29,455 nucleotides of DNA, taken from positions 1 to 29,455 of the forward strand of contig PMJJ01000117.1 of NCBI GenBank assembly GCA_003157385.1, written 5' to 3'. The position numbers and the translations under genes are program-made. This document shows positions 8,248-16,663 of the stretch, piece by piece. Source of the DNA: Actinomycetota bacterium. GTDB taxonomy: Bacteria; Actinomycetota; Geothermincolia; Fen-727; Anoxymicrobiaceae. The notes beneath the pieces were generated by a model that saw only the letters and a program-made list of their open reading frames with translations, had not been told where the DNA came from and did not search any database. The first letter of the stretch is position 1. The number at the start of each line of letters is the position of its first letter.

Positions 8248-9582
8248 GTGAGTAACCCGCCCGAAGATCCAGAGCGACCAGAAAAAGAAGTCGAGGTCCT
8301 CGAATCTGACGTCACCGCCCCGACCCCCGCGCTGGTGCGAGGCACGCTCTTCCAGGGCGGGACGCTTTCCGCGTTCGGCCACCGGGACTTCCGGCTGCTC
8401 TGGTCGGGAGCTTTTCTCTCCAATGTCGGCACCTGGGTCCACACCACGGCCCTCCTCTGGTACGTCAAGGACCTGACGAATTCCAACGCTTGGGTCGGCG
8501 CCGTCAACCTGGCGAGCTTCATGCCGATCCTGCTCTTCGTGCTGTACGCCGGTTCTCTCGCCGACAGGGTCGACCGCCGCAAGCTCATCATTGTCACACA
8601 GATAGTCATGATGCTGGCGGCGCTCGGCCTCGCCATCGCCACCAGCCTGGGTCAGCATTCGCTGGCGCTCATCATGGCGCTGACGATCGGGATGGGTGTC
8701 GCGTTCGTGTTCAACTTCCCGGCGTGGCGCGCCATGGTCCCCGACCTGGTCCCGCAGAAGGACCTCCTGAACGGGATAGCTCTGGACGCGGCGCAGTTCA
8801 ACATGGCGCGGTTCGTCGGCCCGGCGATCGGGGCCATCATCATCCACTTCTGGAGCGTGGCCGGAGCCTTCTACATCAACGCGGCCAGCTTCCTTGCGGT
8901 CATCGCGGCGCTGCTCATGATAAGGGCGCGGCCGGTGGTCACCACCGTGCACGCGACCTCCACGCGCGCCCACGTCAGGGAGGGGTTCTCCTACCTGCGC
9001 GTCAACTCCTGGGCCGTGAAACTCCTTGTGGTCCTCATGGTAGAGGCGGTCTTCGGCATCTCGACCATCGTGCTTCTTCCGTCGGTCAGCCGCGACGTGC
9101 TTTACGGGGGCTCGCTGCTTTACGGATTCCTGGTCGGAGCCATCGGCCTCGGCGCGGTCCTCGGCGCTCCGCTGGTCACCTGGCTCAACAAGCGCTTCAA
9201 GGAGAGGGACCTGATCAAGGTCTCTCTTTCCGCTTTCTCCGTGGTCCTGATGGTGATGGCCATATCCAAGAGCGAACCGCTTTCCCTGCTGATGGCCTTC
9301 TTCATCGGCGTGACTTTCCTGATGGCCAGCGCCTCCATCAACACCGTCCTGCAGTCGCGGGTGGAGCGCAACATGCGCGGCAGGATAATGAGCTTCTACA
9401 TCCTGGTGTTCCAGGGTACATCCCCTCTGGGAGGTCTGCTGCTCGGCTACATCTCCGACAAGACCTCGACGCCGATCGCAATCGGAATCGGCGCCGCCGT
9501 CTGCATGCTGCTCGCGGTGATAATGATCGCGGTTCCGTCGCTGCTCGAGGACGCGGTCTCCACGGCCTATGTCGCGGCTTGA
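8248..9582 (+). CDS. MFS transporter (12-TM major facilitator, EntS/MFS_3-like)
   Basis: 444 aa with a GTG start and 12 predicted hydrophobic segments. It has the typical MFS loop DR..RR..I (LADRVDRRKLII). It is probably co-transcribed with the upstream V4R-like gene. Confidence 0.85.
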   Translation: MSNPPEDPERPEKEVEVLESDVTAPTPALVRGTLFQGGTLSAFGHRDFRLLWSGAFLSNVGTWVHTTALLWYVKDLTNSNAWVGAVNLASFMPILLFVLYAGSLADRVDRRKLIIVTQIVMMLAALGLAIATSLGQHSLALIMALTIGMGVAFVFNFPAWRAMVPDLVPQKDLLNGIALDAAQFNMARFVGPAIGAIIIHFWSVAGAFYINAASFLAVIAALLMIRARPVVTTVHATSTRAHVREGFSYLRVNSWAVKLLVVLMVEAVFGISTIVLLPSVSRDVLYGGSLLYGFLVGAIGLGAVLGAPLVTWLNKRFKERDLIKVSLSAFSVVLMVMAISKSEPLSLLMAFFIGVTFLMASASINTVLQSRVERNMRGRIMSFYILVFQGTSPLGGLLLGYISDKTSTPIAIGIGAAVCMLLAVIMIAVPSLLEDAVSTAYVAA

Positions 9583-9601
9583 GTGCGGCGGGGTCCGGGC
9601 T

Positions 9602-10399
9602 CTACCCGCCCGAGAGGAAGTTCGCGATGATCCGGGCCAGCTCGCGGGGGAACTGCAGCAGCAGGCCGTGATGGCCGCCCTCGAACTCGACCAGTTGAGC
9701 GTCCGGGATCAGCTCAGAGAGAACACGTGCGTTCTCGGGCAGGATGACTATGTCATCGCTGCCGGTGATGACCAGGGTGGGCTTGTCCATCTCGGGAAGG
9801 CGGGCGCAGGTGCCGTTCCAGGCGCGGATGGCATCCGCCTGGCGTGCGAAGCGCTCCACGTCCCGGCCGTCTGAGGCGCCGAAAATGTCGCCGAGCCCGG
9901 CGACGTTCTCCTTCAGCCAGTCGGCGGACAGGAGAAAGTGGCGCTCCCCGTCCCCACCGTCGGTCATCTGCAGCAGGATGCCCGGCTCCTGCCGGACCCC
10001 GCCCGCGCCACCGCACTCGGTGCCGAGAAGGACCAGCCGGTCCACCATTTCGGGATTGGCCAGCGCCATCTCCTGCGCGATGTAGCCTCCCATCGAGTAT
10101 CCGACCAGGTGAGCGGGCCATTCACCTATCGACCTCAACAGCCCGGTGGTGTCCTCGGCGAACTGGGAGATGCTGAAACTCTTCTCGCCGGCCGGGGTCT
10201 CCCCGATGCCACGGTTGTCGACCGTGATCACCTTGCAGTCTGACGCGAGCTGCTCGACGAACTCGTCGGTCCAGAGCTCCTTGACCGCGCCGAGGCCGGC
10301 GATGAGCAGGACAGGGTGCCCCCCACCATGAATGCGGTGCGCCACCTGTATGTCGTCGACATGTGCGCGTGCTGTCATTGTCTCTTGCAGCTCGACCAC
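9602..10399 (-). CDS. Alpha/beta-fold hydrolase
   Basis: HPVLLIAGLG is the oxyanion region. The nucleophile elbow is GYSMGG. The C-terminal motif is HHG. It is 265 aa from the GTG at 10399. An alternative ATG at 10378 cannot be excluded. Confidence 0.8.
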   Translation of the reverse strand: MVELQETMTARAHVDDIQVAHRIHGGGHPVLLIAGLGAVKELWTDEFVEQLASDCKVITVDNRGIGETPAGEKSFSISQFAEDTTGLLRSIGEWPAHLVGYSMGGYIAQEMALANPEMVDRLVLLGTECGGAGGVRQEPGILLQMTDGGDGERHFLLSADWLKENVAGLGDIFGASDGRDVERFARQADAIRAWNGTCARLPEMDKPTLVITGSDDIVILPENARVLSELIPDAQLVEFEGGHHGLLLQFPRELARIIANFLSGG

Positions 10400-10672
10400 C
10401 CTCTCCGTGAATCCGGGACGGCACTCTCTTCAATACGGCGGCCGGCTTACCTTCCGATCGGCTCGACCGCAAGTAAGGTGATGGCGACCGGGGATCGGCG
10501 GCGCCCATGAAGCCCGTTGCCGGTCAGAACAGGACGGCGCGTGGGGAGCGTGATAACATGTGGATTCGACCGGAGGGACTTCCGCCACCGATTTCGGTGG
10601 CGTCAGTTATCAGCGACAGCATCCCTCGAGCATTTCCGCACCAGACCGGCGAGCCCCCGCTGGAGGTCGCCC

Positions 10673-12496
10673 GTGGCGAAGACGATCAGGAACAGAAAAG
10701 CCGGACCGGCCGTCTACATCGTGGTGATACTGGTGTTCGCGCTGATCACCATCGCGTACACGTGGCCGATGGTCGCCCATCCGGCCACCCGCGTCGCCGG
10801 CGGGTCAGGGGACACGCTCCTGAGCACCTACATCATGTCCTGGACAACGCACGCGATCCGCGCGAACCCCGCCAGGCTTTTCAACGCGACGATGTTCTTC
10901 CCCAACAAGTACACTCTTGCTTACAGCGACCTCCAGTTCAGCAACTCGCTCATCTCCCTGCCGGCGCTGCTGGTGACCACGAGCCCCATCGCCGCTTACA
11001 CTTTCGTCATCTTCATGGGCTTCATGATCAGCGCCTTCGGCGCGTTTCTCCTCGTGTATTACCTGACCAAGGACGCCTACGCCGGCCTCGCGGGCGGCAT
11101 CGTGTTCGGGTTTGCCATGTATAAGCTCATGCACCTCAACCACGCGGGGATCCTGGCCACCGGGTTCATACCGCTTGCGTTCGTCTGTCTTCACAAGTTC
11201 ACCGAGAACAGAAAACCGCTGTTCGCGATCCTGTTCACCGTGTCCACGATCTTCGTCTTCTGGACCTCCTGGGAGTACGGGTTCTTCACGGCCTTCGGCA
11301 TCGGCATCTACCTCGTCGTGCTGGCGATAGTGAAGCGGCGGCCGCTGGCAGACTTCGTTCGGGGGCGGGCGGACGCGCAGAGCCGCCGCAGGCTCATTCG
11401 ATCGACGGGCATGTTGCTCGCGTCATTTGTCCTGATCGGTGTCGTGCTCATCCCTTTCGCCTTGCCATACCTGAAGCTGCAGAAAGCGGACCCGAGCTAC
11501 AAGCGTTCGATCACTGAGGTGGAGAAGTACTCCGGTGACGTGCAGGATTTCTTTACGGCTCCCGCCGCCAATCTCCTGTGGGGCCGCGCCACGGCCGGTA
11601 TCAGACAGAACACGATCGACAGGGGATGGGAGAACGCGCAGTCGCGCCCACCGGTCATGGAAGAGAGGACGCTCTTCATCGGTTTGATCCCCGTGCTGCT
11701 GGGTATCGCTGGGATCGTGTACCTGGCCAGAAAGCGGAAGACATCCCTCGAGAAAGTCGCGTTCCCCTTCTACACGGTGCTGCTGGTAGTGTCACTGGTG
11801 ATGTGCCTCGGGCCGACGCTCTATGTTTTCGGCCGCCACCTCAATATCCCGATGCCCTACCAGCTCCTCTATCGGTTCTTCCCGGGATTCAAGGCCATAA
11901 GGACGCCGACGCGCATGTTCGTGCTTGTCCTCATGTCCCTGGCCGTGCTGGGCGGCTTCGGCATCAAGTGGCTCAGGGCGAAGATGCGGGGGAAGTACAG
12001 CCTGCGCGCGGCCACTCTGACGATCGTCGTGGTGCTTGTCCTGCTAACCGTAGAGATGATGCCCTTTGGGATCACCACCATCCCGGTGCCCGGGAAAACC
12101 GGTTTTCCCGCCGTCTACCAGTGGCTCGGCACGGTGAAAGGAAATACGCCCACCGTGGTGCTCCCCCTGCCCAGCTCCAACGAGGAGTACAACGGTTGGG
12201 AGCCGTGGCGGATCTACTACAACTTAGACAGTTGGAAACCGATCCTGAACGGGAACTCCGGCTTCGCGCCGGCCACCTACATTCAGGCCCTGGAAGTGAT
12301 GAACGAGACTCCCTTCCCCTCGAAGAAGTCGATTGATTTTCTGCGAGGGATGAATGTGAAATACGTGGTCGTAGAGACAGCGAAGATCCTTAACGGGAAG
12401 GCCGTCGTCGCCAGCGCCCAGGCGCCGGGAACAGGCGGCCCGGGCCTCACGCTCGTCAAGACATTCGGTGACGACTACCTGTTCGAGCTCAAATAA
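10673..12496 (+). CDS. Large polytopic membrane protein with a C-terminal extracytoplasmic domain. It is a putative GT-C-type glycosyltransferase or YfhO-like protein; this is a family-level guess only.
   Basis: About 11 hydrophobic helices sit in the first ~400 aa, followed by a ~200-aa soluble C-terminal domain. The track start at 10517 yields an Arg-rich 52-aa leader of unlikely composition. An in-frame GTG at 10673 has a GGAGG SD 6 nt upstream and starts directly before the first TM helix. Confidence 0.65.
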   Translation: MAKTIRNRKAGPAVYIVVILVFALITIAYTWPMVAHPATRVAGGSGDTLLSTYIMSWTTHAIRANPARLFNATMFFPNKYTLAYSDLQFSNSLISLPALLVTTSPIAAYTFVIFMGFMISAFGAFLLVYYLTKDAYAGLAGGIVFGFAMYKLMHLNHAGILATGFIPLAFVCLHKFTENRKPLFAILFTVSTIFVFWTSWEYGFFTAFGIGIYLVVLAIVKRRPLADFVRGRADAQSRRRLIRSTGMLLASFVLIGVVLIPFALPYLKLQKADPSYKRSITEVEKYSGDVQDFFTAPAANLLWGRATAGIRQNTIDRGWENAQSRPPVMEERTLFIGLIPVLLGIAGIVYLARKRKTSLEKVAFPFYTVLLVVSLVMCLGPTLYVFGRHLNIPMPYQLLYRFFPGFKAIRTPTRMFVLVLMSLAVLGGFGIKWLRAKMRGKYSLRAATLTIVVVLVLLTVEMMPFGITTIPVPGKTGFPAVYQWLGTVKGNTPTVVLPLPSSNEEYNGWEPWRIYYNLDSWKPILNGNSGFAPATYIQALEVMNETPFPSKKSIDFLRGMNVKYVVVETAKILNGKAVVASAQAPGTGGPGLTLVKTFGDDYLFELK

Positions 12497-12516
12497 CCGA
12501 CTGGAAAGGTTCGCGA

Positions 12517-13260
12517 GTGACAACCAGTGTGAACGGCAAAGCTGAGCCGCCGGAACGGCCGGCCGAGCACGGCCGGAGATCGCGCTCCCACGTGAGATTC
12601 CGGGCGGCCCTGGTCGCGGTGATCGCGGCCCTGGTCGTGCTCCTGGCGGTATGGGTCGCATCGACCGCGCCCATGAGCGACATCCAGGCCGGCAGGTACG
12701 CGAGGCTCTTCGTGTATCGCGGCCAGGCACACATCAGCAAAGTGTCCGACCGGCGGCTGCTGGACGCGCCGTCGACGATCATGCAGACGGGCGACAGCGC
12801 CGTGACCTCGGCGGATGCCCTTGCCGCGATCGAGAGCCATCACCTGAGCCGCACGCGCATGGAGAGCCTTACGCAGGTATCGGTCGCGGCCATGAGCGGC
12901 TCGGCGGTGAAGTTCGCCCAGGGTTCAGGATCCCTCTACCACTACGTCGAGCCGGGCTACGGATACGAGGTCGATCTGGCGGGCGTCGCCGTCAATGGCG
13001 ATACCTGCGTCTTCAACACCGATTTCCAGAAGGGCCTGGCGCGGATCAGGGTCATCGCGGGGCAGGTCCACCTGGCGATAGGCGGGAAGGACGAGGGCTC
13101 CTTCGGCGCGGGCAAGGAGATCCTCGCGGGAACGACCGGCGGCGAGCCTTACATCAAGGCAAGCGGCATCGGACCGGGAGTCCTGGCGGAGCCATGGTAC
13201 CGATGGAACTCCGGGCGCAACCGCTCCGACGGGCTCAAGGCCATAAACTCCCCTCGATAA
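12517..13260 (+). CDS. Membrane-anchored hypothetical protein (single N-terminal TM), possibly FecR-like beta domain
   Basis: GTG start with a GGAAAGG SD. The TM anchor is ALVAVIAALVVLLAVWVA. It lies 20 nt downstream of the large membrane protein and is likely co-transcribed. The FecR-like assignment is weak. Confidence 0.55.
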   Translation: MTTSVNGKAEPPERPAEHGRRSRSHVRFRAALVAVIAALVVLLAVWVASTAPMSDIQAGRYARLFVYRGQAHISKVSDRRLLDAPSTIMQTGDSAVTSADALAAIESHHLSRTRMESLTQVSVAAMSGSAVKFAQGSGSLYHYVEPGYGYEVDLAGVAVNGDTCVFNTDFQKGLARIRVIAGQVHLAIGGKDEGSFGAGKEILAGTTGGEPYIKASGIGPGVLAEPWYRWNSGRNRSDGLKAINSPR

Positions 13261-13340
13261 CAGCCCCGAATCTACAACCGCGATTTTCCTCGATACAGCC
13301 GCGACCCTGCACCCTGGTTGCTCCCGCGACATCCACCTAA

Positions 13341-13367
13341 TATAATCATCACTAATCAAATTGATTA
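13341..13367 (+). promoter_or_regulatory. TATAAT -10 box followed by a perfect 7-1-7 inverted repeat (taatcaa-a-ttgatta) upstream of the dehydratase gene; putative promoter plus operator
   Basis: tataat is at 13341-13346. The palindrome taatcaaattgatta is at 13353-13367, in a locally AT-rich intergenic island. The GAGGAG SD at 13381-13386 precedes the ATG at 13393. A ctaatc half-site recurs at 13374-13379. Confidence 0.4.
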
Positions 13368-13392
13368 ACCACGCTAATCTGAGGAGTTGGCC

Positions 13393-14664
13393 ATGGCTGA
13401 TGATTATCGCAAGATGTGGGAAGAGCTTGGCATGGACCTGGACGCGCACGACGGCTTGCTCGAGATACTCCCTCCCCTCTTTGGAGACGTCTTCCTGTCG
13501 CAGGAAGGCAGGCCGGCGCGTATGAGCTACTTCGACTACGTTTTCTCAGAAGTGCACGGGCTCCGCATCCAGGAGCTGGTGAACCACAAGAAGAACGGCG
13601 GCATTGTCGTCGGCACCTACTGCACCTATGCCCCCGAGGAACTCATCATGGCCGCGGGCGGGATCAGCGTCGGCCTGTGCGCGGGAGCCGAGGTCGCGCC
13701 GCAGGAGGCGATGAAGTTCCTCCCCGCCAACCTCTGTCCTCTCATCAAGTCATCACTGGGCTTCAAGCTCGCCAGGGTCTGCCCCTACATCGAGTCGTGT
13801 GACCTCTTGATCGGCGAGACGACCTGCGACGGCAAGAAAAAGTTCTACGAGATCCTCGGCGACATGCAGCCGGTGCACGTGATGGAGCTTCCACAAAAGA
13901 AAGGCGAAGGCGACCGCGCTCTATGGAGGAGTGAGGTCAGGGCGCTGGTAACAAGGTTGGAGGAGCTCTCCGGCAAAAAGATAGACGAGGCATCGCTCTC
14001 CGAGGCCATCAAGATCGCAAACAAGAAGCGCCTCGCGCTCTCCCGGCTCGCCGAGCTCAGGAAGGCCGACCCGCCGGTCATCTCCGGCCGGGACGCGCTG
14101 CTGATCAACCAGATAGCGTTCAACGACGACCCCCGACGCTTCACGGGCAAAGTGAACGAGCTCTGCGACGAGCTCGAGAAAAGGATCGCGCAGGGCAAGA
14201 CCATCGGCGGCCCCGCCCGTCCGCGCATCATGGTATCGGGGTGCCCGATGGCTCTTCCCAACTGGAAGCTGGCGCAGGTCATCGAGACCTCCGGTGCGGC
14301 TATCGTCATGGAGGAGATGTGCACCGGCATCCGCTACTTCCGCAACCAGGTGGACGAGAGCCCCACTGACCTGGAAGGAATGCTCGACGCCGTGGCCGAC
14401 CGCTACCTCAAGATAGACTGCGCGGTGTTCACCCCCAACGCCGAGCGTATTGAGAACATCCTCGGCCTTGTCCGCGACTACGAAGTCGACGCGGTCGTCT
14501 ATCACGCCCTGCAGGCCTGCGACCCCTACACCATCGAGGCGTACAAGGTGCAGAAAGCGCTCGACGAGGCCGGCATGCCGATGCTCTACGTGGAGACGGA
14601 CTACGGCGACGACTCGGGCCAGATAGCGACGCGCGTACAGGCGCTGCTGGAGATGGTCCGGTAA
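13393..14664 (+). CDS. 2-hydroxyacyl-CoA dehydratase / benzoyl-CoA reductase BcrC-BadD-HgdB family protein (double-cubane cluster protein-like)
   Basis: 423 aa with many conserved-looking Cys: GTYCTYAPEEL, VCPYIESCDLLIGETTCDGKKK, VSGCPMALPNW, EEMCTGIRYF. The C-terminal ETDYGDD matches the HgdB-family end. The ATG at 13393 has a GAGGAG SD. Confidence 0.75.
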   Translation: MADDYRKMWEELGMDLDAHDGLLEILPPLFGDVFLSQEGRPARMSYFDYVFSEVHGLRIQELVNHKKNGGIVVGTYCTYAPEELIMAAGGISVGLCAGAEVAPQEAMKFLPANLCPLIKSSLGFKLARVCPYIESCDLLIGETTCDGKKKFYEILGDMQPVHVMELPQKKGEGDRALWRSEVRALVTRLEELSGKKIDEASLSEAIKIANKKRLALSRLAELRKADPPVISGRDALLINQIAFNDDPRRFTGKVNELCDELEKRIAQGKTIGGPARPRIMVSGCPMALPNWKLAQVIETSGAAIVMEEMCTGIRYFRNQVDESPTDLEGMLDAVADRYLKIDCAVFTPNAERIENILGLVRDYEVDAVVYHALQACDPYTIEAYKVQKALDEAGMPMLYVETDYGDDSGQIATRVQALLEMVR

Positions 14665-14787
14665 TTCTGGGGACAGGTACTTTCTACTCGTTTTTCTACT
14701 TCTGGCCTCATCGCGCCAGGACTCGAACGTTTGAAACGGGTGCAACGGGCGCGAGTAGAAGAACTAGCAGAAAGTAGCTGTCGCTGT

Positions 14788-16428
14788 TTAGAAGAGCGAG
14801 ATCTTCTTGACCGCTCCGGTGTCGTACTCCCAGCGGCGGTTGGAGATGTTGTTGGGATCCAGCGCCATCTTGAACGCGGTGAAAGCGTTGAGGAGAGGCA
14901 CGACGTTGGGCTTCGCTATCGCCAGGGCCATCTCCACCTGGCCCATACCCTTAATGAGCGCGATCAGCCCTGCCGCGAAGCACATCCCCTTGCCCATGGC
15001 CCCAAATGTCGCGCGGCCGTATCCCATCTGGATACGGATGAGGTCGTCCTTGTCGCACTGGTTTGTGTACATGTCGTACTCGAGGTACGCCGAGCGACCC
15101 ATGTGGTAAGGCTGCAGGTACGTGGACGCGTCGTCGGGCGCGAGGGGGTCGTCGGTGGTGCCCACCTGGTTCGTGCACGCCGTCCGCATTCCGCGCTCGA
15201 CCTCGACCATGTTCTCGATCTTGTCGATGAGCGCGCCTATCATGAACGAGCCGCGCACCCGCATCACGCGCGTGGTGACGTTGAAGTACTTTACCCACCG
15301 CTCGAAGTCCACGAACTCGTCATCCTCGGTGAGGTCCATGAGCGCCTCGCCGGGCAGGTAATCGATCATCGGGAAGGCCTTCTCCAGCGACCTCTTGGTC
15401 ACGTCGGCTTTCAGCTGCGCCTCTTCCTCCGTCTCCCCTCCGAAGATCGTGAGCAGGTTGTGCCTCGGCATCATCTCCGCGAGCTTGCTGGCTTCGGCGT
15501 TGGTACCGCCCATGAAGATCCCGTAGAAAGAGTTCATAAGGTGCGCGAGCTCCAGCGAGAGGTTGTCCTGTGAGACCAGGTAGAGCGCGTCCGCGATCAC
15601 GTCGAGCCTGTCCTCCTCGTAGCAGGGGAAGACCTGCGCGTGGTAGGGCGCCTCGGGGTAGAGACGCACCGTCATGGCCGTGACCGTCCCCAGGGTCCCC
15701 AGCCCGTAGCGGAGCAGTGTCGAGACATCCGGGCCCGGCCCCTGCACGTGACCCTTCACCGCGCCGTAGGAGGCGGGGCCGGTTCGAAGGATATCGCCCG
15801 TGGGAAGCACGGCCTCGACGTCGATGATGTTGTCCATGCCGAAGCCGTACTTGGATGACATGGTGTTGATGTTGCAGAACAGCAGGTTGCTCAACACTCC
15901 GGCGGCGGCGCTGGTCGATGGGTTCAACAGCCGGCAGCCCACGCGCTGCGCGGCGGCCTGGAGCTCGAGATAGTTGATGCCGGGCTGGATGGTGGCGAAC
16001 ATGTTCTCGCCGTCGAGCTCGATGATCCGGTCCATCCTGCGCAGGTCGACCATCAGGCCGCCGTACAGCGGGAAGTGGGCGCCCACGGTCGACAGCCCTG
16101 TTCCATACGGCATTATATCCACCAGGTATTCGTTGGCGATCCGGTAGATCGCCTGGACCTCTTCGGTAGAGGAAGGCATACACACGATGTGGGGGTAAGC
16201 CGCGGGCTGCATCCCCTGGTCGCGGGCATAGCCGCACAGGACCGAGGGAGCATCGGTCGCCCACTCCTCCCCCAGGGCCTCCTTGAGCGCAGCCAGCGCG
16301 AGTACGAGGTTCTCCTGGCAGTTGTGAACGGGATCCTTCTCCATCACCTGCGGTCGGCCGACGATGCGCCTCTCCCTCACGGCCTCGCGAAGCCGGCTAC
16401 CGCTCGCGCTGGTCCTGCTGTGTGGCAT
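14788..16428 (-). CDS. FAD-linked oxidase (GlcD / D-lactate dehydrogenase-like; FAD_binding_4 plus C-terminal FAD-oxidase domain)
   Basis: The architecture is ~550 aa, with glycine-rich FAD-binding segments in the N-terminal half (MPYGTGLSTVGAHFPLYGG...) and the C-terminal half typical of the GlcD family. The ATG at 16428 has GGGAGG 5 nt upstream. The longer track start at 16479 is less likely. Confidence 0.8.
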   Translation of the reverse strand: MPHSRTSASGSRLREAVRERRIVGRPQVMEKDPVHNCQENLVLALAALKEALGEEWATDAPSVLCGYARDQGMQPAAYPHIVCMPSSTEEVQAIYRIANEYLVDIMPYGTGLSTVGAHFPLYGGLMVDLRRMDRIIELDGENMFATIQPGINYLELQAAAQRVGCRLLNPSTSAAAGVLSNLLFCNINTMSSKYGFGMDNIIDVEAVLPTGDILRTGPASYGAVKGHVQGPGPDVSTLLRYGLGTLGTVTAMTVRLYPEAPYHAQVFPCYEEDRLDVIADALYLVSQDNLSLELAHLMNSFYGIFMGGTNAEASKLAEMMPRHNLLTIFGGETEEEAQLKADVTKRSLEKAFPMIDYLPGEALMDLTEDDEFVDFERWVKYFNVTTRVMRVRGSFMIGALIDKIENMVEVERGMRTACTNQVGTTDDPLAPDDASTYLQPYHMGRSAYLEYDMYTNQCDKDDLIRIQMGYGRATFGAMGKGMCFAAGLIALIKGMGQVEMALAIAKPNVVPLLNAFTAFKMALDPNNISNRRWEYDTGAVKKISLF

Positions 16429-16663
16429 CTCGACCTCCCGACTGCTCCTCACGTCGCGGCTGATTCTATCACGGAGCACCTGCCGCCAAGGGCCGTCTGT
16501 AAGCGATCTACGGACGCCGTCGTCTCCAAAAACCGACAGCCGAGCGGGATGGACCGGACGATGATAGTGGTCGAGACGAACACCAGGTGGAAATACATGC
16601 TCGTCGCGGTCGCCCTCGGCGCGGCGGTCGCGGTCGTGGTCACGATCGCTGTTCTCACCTCGA

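Noticed and set aside
8140-9671. Minus-strand 277-aa and plus-strand 393-aa alternative-frame ORFs overlapping the MFS transporter
   Set aside because: Arg/Pro-rich alternative-frame translations. The 12-TM MFS frame is unambiguous.
10517-10672. Track start at 10517 for the large membrane protein, and the 10507..11124 and 10805..11194 ORFs
   Set aside because: The first 52 codons are Arg-rich and non-membrane. An in-frame GTG at 10673 with a GGAGG SD sits right before the first TM helix. The other ORFs are alternative-frame artefacts.
14700-14730. tRNA-like T-arm resemblance (ctggc-ctcatcgc-gccag followed by gactcgaac)
   Set aside because: No acceptor stem, D arm or anticodon arm can be built on either strand around it. 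It is interpreted as part of the intergenic hairpin region instead.
14731-16264. Plus-strand 280-aa ORF and minus-strand 314-aa alternative-frame ORF within the FAD-oxidase gene
   Set aside because: Shadow ORFs. The 547-aa minus-strand frame carries FAD-binding and GlcD-like C-terminal features and a good RBS.
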